64,000 nt of DNA from an uncultured Candidatus Saccharibacteria bacterium (GTDB taxonomy: Bacteria > Patescibacteriota > Saccharimonadia > CAILAD01 > GCA-016700035). Below are positions 1 through 8,148 of this stretch, piece by piece (position 1 is the first letter of the stretch; the number at the start of each line of letters is the position of its first letter). The notes below the pieces were generated by a model. The model did no database searches and was not told the DNA's origin. It worked only from the letters and a program-made list of their open reading frames with translations. The DNA is taken from assembly GCA_964583675.1 (NCBI GenBank), contig CAZOVH010000002.1:2602-66601 (forward strand), written 5' to 3'. A program made the translations under genes and the position numbers.

Positions 1-128
1 ATGATGCTTTCCAGCTCGGCAAAAAAATTGATGAACACAACCAAATGGTAGCTGAGCAGTGAGTAGTTAAGGATTGATCAATTCGAATAAGAGTAATATC
101 ATAACAGGAATAAGCAAGGTGAGGACCA

Positions 129-329
129 ATGAAAGACTATAAGGCAAATAAAAGAGTATGGGGAAGGATGTTTCTAGCCTTCTTGATAGTTCATATAATT
201 TTGCTATTTGGATTCAAAATTAGCACTGGAATTACTGAACTTATGATAATTATTAGCGGTATTATGTGGGCTATCAACGCTGTAAAAGCGAAAAGTAGTG
301 AAAAGCGGCAGTCAAATACTAAGGCCTAA
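129..329 (+). CDS. hypothetical small membrane protein (66 aa, one to two predicted TM helices)
   Basis: ORF with hydrophobic core FLAFLIVHIILLFGF and IIISGIMWAI; no recognisable family. Confidence 0.3.
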   Translation: MKDYKANKRVWGRMFLAFLIVHIILLFGFKISTGITELMIIISGIMWAINAVKAKSSEKRQSNTKA

Positions 330-359
330 AATTACTATACAGATGAATATGGGCTGTTC

Positions 360-956
360 TTAACTGCAATTTGCCTTTGCGATATTCGCATTCTTTGTAG
401 CTAGAAGTTGGGCGAGATTATTCTGATGTGTGGAATTTTCATATCCTTCTTCGTTTGCCCTATAACTCGAATCGCATAAGCCCCTACCACAATAGTATCC
501 TGCGATCCTTTGCATTTCTTTTTCATGGCGCGCATTTTCTTGTGCAACTGCTGCATTATAGCTATCAATATATGCTTGCTTTAAAGCCTCATTACAGCTT
601 GGGCCACTATTTGAAGCGCTAGATGAAGGAACCTGACTCTGGGTTGTGCTCTTTGGCGAGTTATTCTTATTTGTTTGAGGAGAAGATGCTGCTGGGCTGG
701 GACTTTCAGAGTTACTGGCGGTGGTGCTAGGAGATGCCAGGGGTGAAGCTGTGGTAGATTGTGAGGTTTCTACGGGTGTCGGCTTGTCATTATTTTTTGT
801 GGCGACTTTATTTGCATAGGCAAATCCTCCGATAGCGATAGCTATACCTAGTGTCAAGCCAACTAGCAGTTGAGCTTGTCCTTTGACTGCGGATAGGACC
901 TTAGCTTTCTTGCCGGCACTGTCAGGTTTTTGGACCGGTAGCTTATTCTCATTCAT
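360..956 (-). CDS. hypothetical membrane-anchored protein with Ser/Thr/Pro-rich low-complexity linker and Cys-containing C-terminal domain
   Basis: N-terminal TM segment LLVGLTLGIAIAIGGFAY followed by long S/T/P-rich region; no family recognised. Confidence 0.45.
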   Translation of the reverse strand: MNENKLPVQKPDSAGKKAKVLSAVKGQAQLLVGLTLGIAIAIGGFAYANKVATKNNDKPTPVETSQSTTASPLASPSTTASNSESPSPAASSPQTNKNNSPKSTTQSQVPSSSASNSGPSCNEALKQAYIDSYNAAVAQENARHEKEMQRIAGYYCGRGLCDSSYRANEEGYENSTHQNNLAQLLATKNANIAKANCS

Positions 957-963
957 ACACTAA

Positions 964-1308
964 TTATACATCAGCACTTGAACTCATACCTCCCAGAATT
1001 GGGAGAGGTATGATCTCCGTAACCGACTCATGCTTTTTTGGATATCCATACTTCATAAGTAGCTCTATAGCCCTCAAATCGCCATTGATTGCCTTGATAA
1101 CTACAGCTGACAATACTGCCTTCATAGGTGAACCTTCAAATAGCTGGCCATTCCTTAGATTACAGCTAAATGCCTCATCCTCAAGTAAGTTGGTGATATG
1201 TGTTGAGATATGGACCGTGCCCTTAGGTTTGCCATTAGGATTACCTGATACACCTGGTTGCCATTGAGTCTTAACGAGATGACTTGTTGTTGGTTGTGGG
1301 TTTGCCAT
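964..1308 (-). CDS. phage-related DUF5681-like protein (possible terminase small-subunit-like remnant)
   Basis: N-terminal motif QWQPGVSGNPNGKPKG typical of DUF5681/phage proteins; small size; sits beside repeats at window edge. Confidence 0.45.
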   Translation of the reverse strand: MANPQPTTSHLVKTQWQPGVSGNPNGKPKGTVHISTHITNLLEDEAFSCNLRNGQLFEGSPMKAVLSAVVIKAINGDLRAIELLMKYGYPKKHESVTEIIPLPILGGMSSSADV

Positions 1309-1451
1309 TGCGTGATATATGCCTGTTATTTATGTTCCTATTACTGTGGGGGAATAATGTAACAGGTTATTTACTCTAGAGAAGTTAATTAGAGTTTGAA
1401 TATCCCGTAAGATATAGTTCCAATTCGAAATAGTTTGGTTCACCAATGTAA

Positions 1452-1478
1452 GGCGCCGACTATAGTGTCGGCGTTTTG
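1452..1478 (+). terminator. rho-independent terminator-like hairpin (CGCCGAC-loop-GTCGGCG followed by TTTT)
   Basis: 7-bp perfect stem plus T-run read directly; no annotated upstream plus-strand CDS, so may end a small RNA. Confidence 0.4.
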
Positions 1479-1483
1479 CATTG

Positions 1484-1770
1484 GTTGCTCTCGTAGAGAG
1501 CCAGAACTCCGAAGGAGTTCGCTAAAGTCTCATACGAGATTTTATACAAAGTATTCTCCGTGGGATCACCATGAAAAACGTCCAAGCTCGTCTTGGGCTT
1601 TTTTCATGGTAGTTTTCTCGTGAAAACTGGACTCCGCAGGAGTTCGATAGATCAGTCCACGCACAGGAACTTGTTCCGAGCATGGCCGCAATCTGCACTC
1701 AGTATTCTCCGTGAGATCACCCATGTAAGCGCCGGAAATTAATTCCGACTCTCACATCGGAGAATACTTA
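1484..1770. repeat. tandem diverged repeat (two ~90-125 nt units) built of three hairpins plus conserved AGTATTCTCCGTGRGATCACC(C)ATG box; closing inverted copy CGGAGAATACT
   Basis: Units 1487-1573 and 1610-1725 align; stems differ in sequence but both copies stay perfectly palindromic (GCTCTC/GAGAGC vs GTTTTC/GAAAAC; ACTCCgaaGGAGT vs ACTCCgcaGGAGT). Confidence 0.55.
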
Positions 1771-1777
1771 ATTAAAT

Positions 1778-1820
1778 GAAAAAGACCCCGGTGCCGGACC
1801 CCCGAAGGGGTCCGGTCCGT
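1778..1820 (-). terminator. GC-rich rho-independent terminator for the 1832..2158 gene
   Basis: Minus-strand hairpin CCGGACCCC-TTCG-GGGGTCCGG followed by T-run (AAAAAG on plus strand). Confidence 0.6.
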
Positions 1821-1831
1821 TGGTCGTGGCG

Positions 1832-2158
1832 TCAGCCGAGGCGGCGTTCGCCGTTGACGCTCACAAAGCGGATGTCACCTGAGTGACCTCCGTTCACACC
1901 GATCCGCTCTCCCAACTGGAAGATGCGATCGACGCGAGTGCTCATCACATCGGCGGTGATCTGGCCGAACTTGCGGCTGTTGGTCATCACCGAGACGCCG
2001 ATGATCTGCGACTCGGTCGCCCGGCGCCCCTTGGCGAGGACGAATGTCCAACGCGAGCTCTTGGTGCTGACGGTGATGACATCCCCGTCCTCGAGCGTGC
2101 CGAGGTCGAGCATGGTTGCATTCCGGTTGCCCGGAGCCATGGATGTTTGGGTACTCAT
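1832..2158 (-). CDS. hypothetical protein encoded in GC-rich, GC3-biased insert (likely horizontally acquired)
   Basis: Codons almost all end in G/C (CTC GAC CTC GGC ACG...), unlike flanking genes; own terminator; no family recognised. Confidence 0.5.
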   Translation of the reverse strand: MSTQTSMAPGNRNATMLDLGTLEDGDVITVSTKSSRWTFVLAKGRRATESQIIGVSVMTNSRKFGQITADVMSTRVDRIFQLGERIGVNGGHSGDIRFVSVNGERRLG

Positions 2159-2179
2159 TGGAGCTCCTTGTCCAATATA

Positions 2180-2198
2180 ATACCGATCGGATCGGTAT
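2180..2198. promoter_or_regulatory. perfect 19-bp palindrome ATACCGATC-G-GATCGGTAT between divergent genes (putative operator)
   Basis: Read directly; centred in the 128-bp divergent intergenic region. Confidence 0.5.
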
Positions 2199-2286
2199 CT
2201 ACCTCTGCCGTGTGCAAAGATAAGTGTTATTATAGCACTATTATAGATTTATGTCAATCATTATATAATTGCCAAATCTATATTTT

Positions 2287-2701
2287 TATGATTAAATATG
2301 CAGTATTCAATCTCGACAGACGGAGAAGCACCTTGTACGCGATGCATGATGAAGTCGAACTCTTGGTGGTGGTGATGGATTCCACGGCACCGGAAGAGAT
2401 GGTCGAAAAGATGCTCTGTGAATTCAGGTTCGTTCGAAAAATCGACATCACAAAGATCCTGGAGAAAGTCGAGAAGAAGCTCCTTCCGCAACTTGAGCGG
2501 GGGAGAGTTGGCCTCCTAACCCAGATTCAACTCAGCATCGCCATGAGGAAGGCAGTGCACCAGACGACCGGCTTCATACAGGACGTTGGCGAGAAAACAC
2601 GCGTAATCGTCATTGCGCCGCCCTACATCGACCGAATGAGTCTTGGGGTGAACCTCACAATGACGTGCAAGAAACACATAACGGTGATTGGCAAGAGCTA
2701 A
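2287..2701 (+). CDS. hypothetical protein (138 aa) divergent from 1832..2158
   Basis: ATG at 2287 after AT-rich promoter region; followed by terminator hairpin; no family recognised. Confidence 0.5.
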
Positions 2702-2708
2702 TGATCAC

Positions 2709-2737
2709 CCCGGCTTTTACCAGCCGGCTTTTTATTT
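2709..2737 (+). terminator. rho-independent terminator (CCGGCT-tttacc-AGCCGG-CTTTTTATTT)
   Basis: Hairpin plus T-run directly after stop of 2287..2701. Confidence 0.6.
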
Positions 2738-3610
2738 ACTAGCAGCTTTTACGCACTTTGCGCAGGTCGCTGTGTCGGCACAGTTCTCACACACCAACAC
2801 TAAATCGTTACAGCTCACGTTATCGCAGTTAATGTAACGACTGGTTTTGTCACCGCAGTGACTACATTCACCAATATCGACAGACTTATCGCTAAAACGT
2901 TGTTCCATACGACCGTCAAAAATGTAAAGTGAACCTTCCCAGGCGCCCTCATCACCGTATTTTTCACCGTATTTTACAATACCGCCATCAATTTGATATA
3001 CCTCATTGAAACCACGATTTTTCATGAGTGCTGAAAGAATTTCGCAACGCACGCCACCTGTGCAATAGGTGACAACTGGTTTATCCTTAAGCTCATCATA
3101 CTTATTTGACTCAATTTCTTTAACAAAATCGTGCGTGGTGCGAGTCTTTGGCACAACAGCGTCGCGAAACCGACCAACCGCTGCTTCATACGCATTGCGG
3201 CCATCAAAAAAGACCACGTCATCGCCACGCTCCTCGAGCAACTTATGCAGCGCCTCGGGCTTGAGATGCTTGCCACTACCAATAACACCTTGCGCGTCCA
3301 CCTGAACTTCCTCAGGCACGCCAAAAGCCACCAGCTCTGACTTTACCTTCACGCTAAGACGAGGGAACTCATTACCGCCACCCTCACTCCATTTGTACGT
3401 AATGCCACGAAATATCGCTGAGCGGTTCATCTCGCGCTTGTATTCTTTGAGGTTCTCTAAATCTCCGCCGAGAGTACCGTTGATGCCATGCTTACTCACG
3501 ATAATTCGACCCTTAAGGTTCAAACGACGACACAGCTCACGCTGCCAACGCATCGCCATCGTTGGGTCTTGAACCGGCACAAATTTATAGTAAAGTATGA
3601 CTTTTTTCAT
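2732..3610 (-). CDS. trhO: tRNA uridine(34) hydroxylase / rhodanese-related sulfurtransferase (UPF0176, YceA/TrhO family)
   Basis: Rhodanese-like core with CTGGVRCE active-site Cys and C-terminal Cys cluster; start taken at MKKVILYY, the upstream ORF extension looks spurious. Confidence 0.8.
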   Translation of the reverse strand: MKKVILYYKFVPVQDPTMAMRWQRELCRRLNLKGRIIVSKHGINGTLGGDLENLKEYKREMNRSAIFRGITYKWSEGGGNEFPRLSVKVKSELVAFGVPEEVQVDAQGVIGSGKHLKPEALHKLLEERGDDVVFFDGRNAYEAAVGRFRDAVVPKTRTTHDFVKEIESNKYDELKDKPVVTYCTGGVRCEILSALMKNRGFNEVYQIDGGIVKYGEKYGDEGAWEGSLYIFDGRMEQRFSDKSVDIGECSHCGDKTSRYINCDNVSCNDLVLVCENCADTATCAKCVKAASK

Positions 3611-3651
3611 CGAGCTCACATTATAGCTCAAAAACCTGCTAGGATACAGAT

Positions 3652-4353
3652 ATGATACGCGTTCGCAAAGCATCCGAACGAGGCCAGTTCGACCACGGTT
3701 GGCTAAAAACCGCGCACACCTTCTCGTTTGCGGGCTACTATGACCCACGCCACATGGGCTTTTCCGCATTGCGAGTGATTAACGAAGACCATATCGCTGG
3801 CGATGGTGGCTTTCCGACGCACGGACATCGGGATATGGAGATCATAACTTATATCATGAAAGGCGAGTTGGCGCACAAAGACAGTATCGGTAACGAGGCC
3901 ACAATTAAGGCTGGCGAAGTACAGTACATGACAGCTGGGAGCGGTGTGATGCACAGCGAATACAACACCTCTAAAACCGAGCCGGTACACTTACTGCAAA
4001 TCTGGCTGGAAGCCGACCAACCAAATCGAAAACCTGGCTATGTTCAAAAAGAATTCTCTCGAGAAGAAAAGCTCAACAAACTTTGCCCGATTGCAACACC
4101 AGCCGGAGAGACGGGCAGTATGCAAGTACACCAGTCTGTTTCGCTTTATGCTTCGGTGCTGGAATCAACGAAAAAAATTAGCTATACATCATCTAGTGAT
4201 CGCTGCCAGTGGGTACAAGTGATCAGTGGAGAGGTGAGCGTTAACGGCTCAAAGCTACTAGCGGGCGACGGGGCAGCTATTACTGAAGAGACAAAAATTA
4301 CGCTATCAGCCAGAAAAGATGCTGAATTTCTACTCTTTGATTTGCCTCAATAA
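3652..4353 (+). CDS. pirin family protein (cupin, quercetin 2,3-dioxygenase-like)
   Basis: N-terminal RG...GWL..HTFSF and HGHRDMEIITYI metal-binding His motif typical of pirins. Confidence 0.85.
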   Translation: MIRVRKASERGQFDHGWLKTAHTFSFAGYYDPRHMGFSALRVINEDHIAGDGGFPTHGHRDMEIITYIMKGELAHKDSIGNEATIKAGEVQYMTAGSGVMHSEYNTSKTEPVHLLQIWLEADQPNRKPGYVQKEFSREEKLNKLCPIATPAGETGSMQVHQSVSLYASVLESTKKISYTSSSDRCQWVQVISGEVSVNGSKLLAGDGAAITEETKITLSARKDAEFLLFDLPQ

Positions 4354-4386
4354 AAAATGGCCACTCCAGGTGAGTGACCATGAACT

Positions 4387-4953
4387 CTAGTCGGAGCTCG
4401 GGTGGGGGAACCGACAATGCCAACCAAAGGCATCATGGATGCGTTCGATATTCCGGTCTACCACGCTCGATGAGAACCCACGCTCTGTCCAGCTCTGAAT
4501 GCAGGCATTCGCGGCAACCTGACACAGCAGACTGCCGTCCTCAACCCTAAGGGAGAGCACGCCAATCGCGTCTAGAAAAACAGCGTCGGCCAACTCTGTG
4601 ACGAGTGTCTCTTGCGCCTGTTTCCACGCACGCATACTATCAAGCCGCGATCCACTGATCCCTTCAGGAGAGAAGGCTTGCTGGATATGCTCAAGCATTT
4701 TGCGCCGCAACATTGGAATTCCGTGCAGGATGCACAATTCTGCCATCAAATAGCAGGTACTGCAGAGCTGAGTAGTGTCGTGTCGTGCCAGTTCGGTCTC
4801 TGGTACTCGTCGATGGAACCAGTTTCGCCAACCCGTACTCCCGAACGCTACAAGATGCGCATCGAAATCTGGATACTGCTCCCTGGGGTATTTCTCTTCC
4901 AGCTGTGCCCGGGCGGCATGCGGCGTTATCAAAGTGCTCTCGGTCTGAGTCAT
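4387..4953 (-). CDS. hypothetical protein in second GC-richer segment
   Basis: 188-aa ORF, elevated GC vs neighbours, His/Cys-rich; family not recognised. Confidence 0.45.
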   Translation of the reverse strand: MTQTESTLITPHAARAQLEEKYPREQYPDFDAHLVAFGSTGWRNWFHRRVPETELARHDTTQLCSTCYLMAELCILHGIPMLRRKMLEHIQQAFSPEGISGSRLDSMRAWKQAQETLVTELADAVFLDAIGVLSLRVEDGSLLCQVAANACIQSWTERGFSSSVVDRNIERIHDAFGWHCRFPHPSSD

Positions 4954-5015
4954 CGCTTACTCCATTGGTCGAGTTGACAGCTATTTTGCTATATAATTGT
5001 AAATTTGTCAATTAT

Positions 5016-5678
5016 TTAGTCGACGTCTGTCATCTCGCGCAATTTCGCCAAATTTATTTCAAACCCAGATTTGTGGTTACGAAATAGGCCAGATTTTGCA
5101 GGCTTGAGTACGCCACGCTTAGTCAGCTGACGCACCTGAACCGTCATTGTCTCGCGAGTGGTTCCAACCATACTGGCAAGCTGGGCGTGCGAAAGTGTGA
5201 AGGGGAGCGTAACTGTGCCCTCGGAAAGCTCCTGTCCGAAGCGCTGCACCAAAAGGGCGAGCATATTTATTAATTTCACATCCGCCTTGGCCTGCAAAAT
5301 ATTATCGAGCGTCTGTGCTAGCTCATCATTGCGCGTCATAAGGTAGCGCACCAAGCCGAAGAGCGCGGCCGAATCTTTTTCTAACTGCTTCTCGAGCGAT
5401 TTTGCTTCTAAGATTCGCACTTTGCCATCAGTCATAGCTTCGTAATAATACCTGTGGGTAACATCATTAAATAACGCGGCCTCCAAATTCATCACATCGC
5501 CAGGCCCAAGGATGGTAATCAATTTCTCATCACCATCGTCGGCAATGGTGTAGGTCTTCACAAAACCATCAGTAATAAAGAGAACATCCTCACCGGCTTC
5601 GCCCTGATGCAGCAGAACATCAGTACGTTTGTATTCTTGCTCGGGCTGATTCATAAAAAACGCGCGCATGTGCTTCAT
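5016..5678 (-). CDS. Crp/Fnr family transcriptional regulator
   Basis: cNMP-binding beta-roll region plus C-terminal HTH (SHAQLASMVGTTRETMTVQVRQL). Confidence 0.8.
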   Translation of the reverse strand: MKHMRAFFMNQPEQEYKRTDVLLHQGEAGEDVLFITDGFVKTYTIADDGDEKLITILGPGDVMNLEAALFNDVTHRYYYEAMTDGKVRILEAKSLEKQLEKDSAALFGLVRYLMTRNDELAQTLDNILQAKADVKLINMLALLVQRFGQELSEGTVTLPFTLSHAQLASMVGTTRETMTVQVRQLTKRGVLKPAKSGLFRNHKSGFEINLAKLREMTDVD

Positions 5679-5749
5679 GCCATGATTATCTCATTAAATG
5701 CCCTCTGGACGCTAGGCAAACACGAAAATTAGCCGTACAATTAAATCCT

Positions 5750-7537
5750 ATGAACGAACTTATTAAAATCCTCAAATTCTCCTCAAAACTCAAATGGTAC
5801 TACGCTGGCATCGCAATTTTGGTGGTAGTACTTGCTTTACTCAACCTCGTTGTTCCGTTTCTTACCAAGAACCTTGTGGACCTCATCACATCGTACTCGC
5901 AAGGAAACCCTGTTTCTTTCACCCAAGCACTTCCAGCTCTCAGTCTAATGCTCATAGCTTCACTCGTTGTAGCGCTACTTTCAAATGTGAATGGCTATCT
6001 GGGCGATATTATGTCGCAAAAGCTCAACACGCATCTTTCAACCAAGTACTACGAACACCTCATGAACTTGCCAATCGAATATTATGACTCTGAGCAAACA
6101 GGAAAAATCACCTCTCGCTTGGAGCGCTCAATTTCGAGCTTGTCACAACTTATGAATGCATTGGCAAACAATTTTGTGCAGTTCTTCCTTACTACTATCG
6201 TTACCCTAGTGGCGATCGCGATTTACTCATGGCCGGTTGCCTTACTGCTAGTCGTAATTTTTCCTACATATATCTGGATTACACATCTTTCAAGCGCTGC
6301 TTGGCAGAAAAAACAAGGCGACATCAATAAAACGCTCGATATCGCCAATGGCAGATTCGTTGAATCGATAGGGCAAGTGCGCGTAGTTAAGTCCTTTGTG
6401 CGCGAGATAGGCGAACTTGCCGACTTCCGCAGACGTCGCCAAAAGATCGAGTCTGTATCTCGCGAACAGTCCCGCGAGTGGCACGCCTATGACTTGGTGC
6501 GCCGGTTGGTATTGGGCGTAGTCTTTTTTGCTATTTTCGCCGTCATAGTCTGGCAGGCGCTCGAAGGTCAGTATTCAGTCGGTACCGCGGTCTTGCTTAT
6601 TACGCTAGCAAATCAAGCCCAATTCCCACTGTTTGGCTCCAGCTTTATTATTGAGGGTATCCAGCGAGCTCAAGCAGACAGTAAGGACTACTTTAAGGTA
6701 ATGGAGAAAAAGCCAACTATTCTCGATGAACCAGACGCAAAGACACTCAAGATCGACGGCGGAGAGGTGCGCTTTGAACACGTTTCGTTTGGCTATGAAA
6801 ACGGCAGCCAAGTCCTCAACGACGTGAGTTTTACTATTCCAGCCCATAGCAAAATTGCGCTTGTTGGTGAATCTGGAGAAGGTAAGTCTACCCTCGCGAA
6901 TCTCATTGTGCGCTTTTACGAAGCCAATGCTGGGACCATCACTATCGACGGCACACCAATCACCGATGTAACCCAAGCCAGCCTGCGCAAGGGGATAGGT
7001 ATTGTGTTCCAGGACCCTTCACTATTTTCTGGGACTATCGAAGACAATATTACCTACGGACTCAACCGTCGATACACACAAGAAGAGCTAGGAGAAGCCG
7101 CCAAGCTTGCGAATGCTGCAGATTTTATCGCCAAGCTAGAAAAAGGCTACAAAACCCAAGTGGGCGAGCGAGGCATTAAACTCTCTGGTGGCCAAAAACA
7201 ACGCATTATTATCGCCCGCGCCCTGCTGAAGAATCCTCCAATCCTGATACTAGACGAAGCTACCAGCTCGCTAGATGCTAAAGCCGAATCACAAGTGCAG
7301 CAAGCTCTGGAGCGTCTGATGAAGGGGCGTACCACTATCATTATCGCGCACCGACTGAGTACGATCTCGCACGTCGACATGATTATTGGTTTGCGCGGCG
7401 GCAAAATTGCCGAATCAGGCAGTCCCGATGAGCTGGCACACAAAAAGGGTGGTATTTACGCAGAGCTCTTGGAGCTCCAGACAGCTGGCGCCAAAGTAGC
7501 CAAGAAGAAGCTACAAAAATTTGATATCGCTGCCTAG
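5750..7537 (+). CDS. ABC transporter ATP-binding/permease fusion protein (MsbA-like exporter)
   Basis: Six-TM N-domain; Walker A GESGEGKST, signature LSGGQKQR, Walker B ILILDEATS. Confidence 0.9.
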   Translation: MNELIKILKFSSKLKWYYAGIAILVVVLALLNLVVPFLTKNLVDLITSYSQGNPVSFTQALPALSLMLIASLVVALLSNVNGYLGDIMSQKLNTHLSTKYYEHLMNLPIEYYDSEQTGKITSRLERSISSLSQLMNALANNFVQFFLTTIVTLVAIAIYSWPVALLLVVIFPTYIWITHLSSAAWQKKQGDINKTLDIANGRFVESIGQVRVVKSFVREIGELADFRRRRQKIESVSREQSREWHAYDLVRRLVLGVVFFAIFAVIVWQALEGQYSVGTAVLLITLANQAQFPLFGSSFIIEGIQRAQADSKDYFKVMEKKPTILDEPDAKTLKIDGGEVRFEHVSFGYENGSQVLNDVSFTIPAHSKIALVGESGEGKSTLANLIVRFYEANAGTITIDGTPITDVTQASLRKGIGIVFQDPSLFSGTIEDNITYGLNRRYTQEELGEAAKLANAADFIAKLEKGYKTQVGERGIKLSGGQKQRIIIARALLKNPPILILDEATSSLDAKAESQVQQALERLMKGRTTIIIAHRLSTISHVDMIIGLRGGKIAESGSPDELAHKKGGIYAELLELQTAGAKVAKKKLQKFDIAA

Positions 7538-7613
7538 CATAAGTACTTTGAGATTGTCTGAAATTAGGTCTACAATACTACTAGACAATAACTAAGTGTA
7601 GGAGAATCTCATT

Positions 7614-8081
7614 ATGGCAAAAGCCAAATCCAGCGACCTAATTTCTTTGCTGGAACCTTATTTCACCAAACAAGCACCATTCCAGATACCAAAAAAGTGG
7701 CGTGAGAATCTCGTCAATTGGATCCCGTGGATCAATCTCGTAATTGGAATTCTGCTCTTGCCAGCAGTTTTAGTGGTGGTCGGACTCGGCACCATTGTTG
7801 GCGTTGTAGCCCCAACCGTTGGAGTAAGTACAGGATTGTTCTACTGGTTTGGCATTATTCTCGCCGCTGCTACAATTGCACTACTCTTTGTTACATTCCC
7901 GGGCTTGCGAGCTCGTAAACTTGCAGCTTGGAAACTTGTTTTTTGGGCAGACATCATCTACTTCTTCTACGGTATCGTATCGGCGGTTTCCACTGGAGAT
8001 CTCATGGGGATCGTTACGCAGTTTATCGGCACCGCCGCTGGGCTCTATGTGCTCTTCCAAATTAAGAGCTACTACAAATAA
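7614..8081 (+). CDS. hypothetical integral membrane protein (4 TM)
   Basis: Hydrophobic segments throughout; followed by terminator. Confidence 0.5.
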   Translation: MAKAKSSDLISLLEPYFTKQAPFQIPKKWRENLVNWIPWINLVIGILLLPAVLVVVGLGTIVGVVAPTVGVSTGLFYWFGIILAAATIALLFVTFPGLRARKLAAWKLVFWADIIYFFYGIVSAVSTGDLMGIVTQFIGTAAGLYVLFQIKSYYK

Positions 8082-8104
8082 TATTGGGCGTCCAAACAAT
8101 ACAG

Positions 8105-8130
8105 CACCCCACGACAAACGGGGTGTTTTA
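8105..8130 (+). terminator. rho-independent terminator (CACCCC-loop-GGGGTG-TTTTA)
   Basis: Read directly downstream of 7614..8081. Confidence 0.6.
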
Positions 8131-8148
8131 TTGTAAAATAGCTCGGTT

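Noticed and set aside
1435-1623. 62-aa ORF inside the hairpin/repeat region
   Set aside because: It coincides with palindromic repeat units and a strong hairpin. The sequence is better explained as structured RNA/repeat than as coding.
1883-2701. 272-aa plus-strand ORF spanning the GC-rich segment
   Set aside because: Its first ~135 codons lie antisense to the GC3-biased 1832..2158 gene, a typical spurious antisense ORF in GC-rich DNA. Only the AT-richer 3' part from ATG 2287, with its own terminator, is kept as a gene. Note that 2261..2491 (-) is likewise treated as noise.
2732-3769. Full-length 345-aa version of the rhodanese-like ORF, and internal ORFs 3022..3324, 3069..3305, 3131..3340
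   Set aside because: The N-terminal 53 codons (MRKSPCGVGHSS...) overlap the pirin promoter region and have no homology to the TrhO family. The internal ORFs are other-frame artefacts inside a well-supported gene.
4354-4386. Possible palindrome/terminator between pirin and the GC-rich gene (TGGCCACTCCAGGTGAGTGACCA)
   Set aside because: Only a 5-bp stem (CACTC/GAGTG) is actually complementary, too weak to call.
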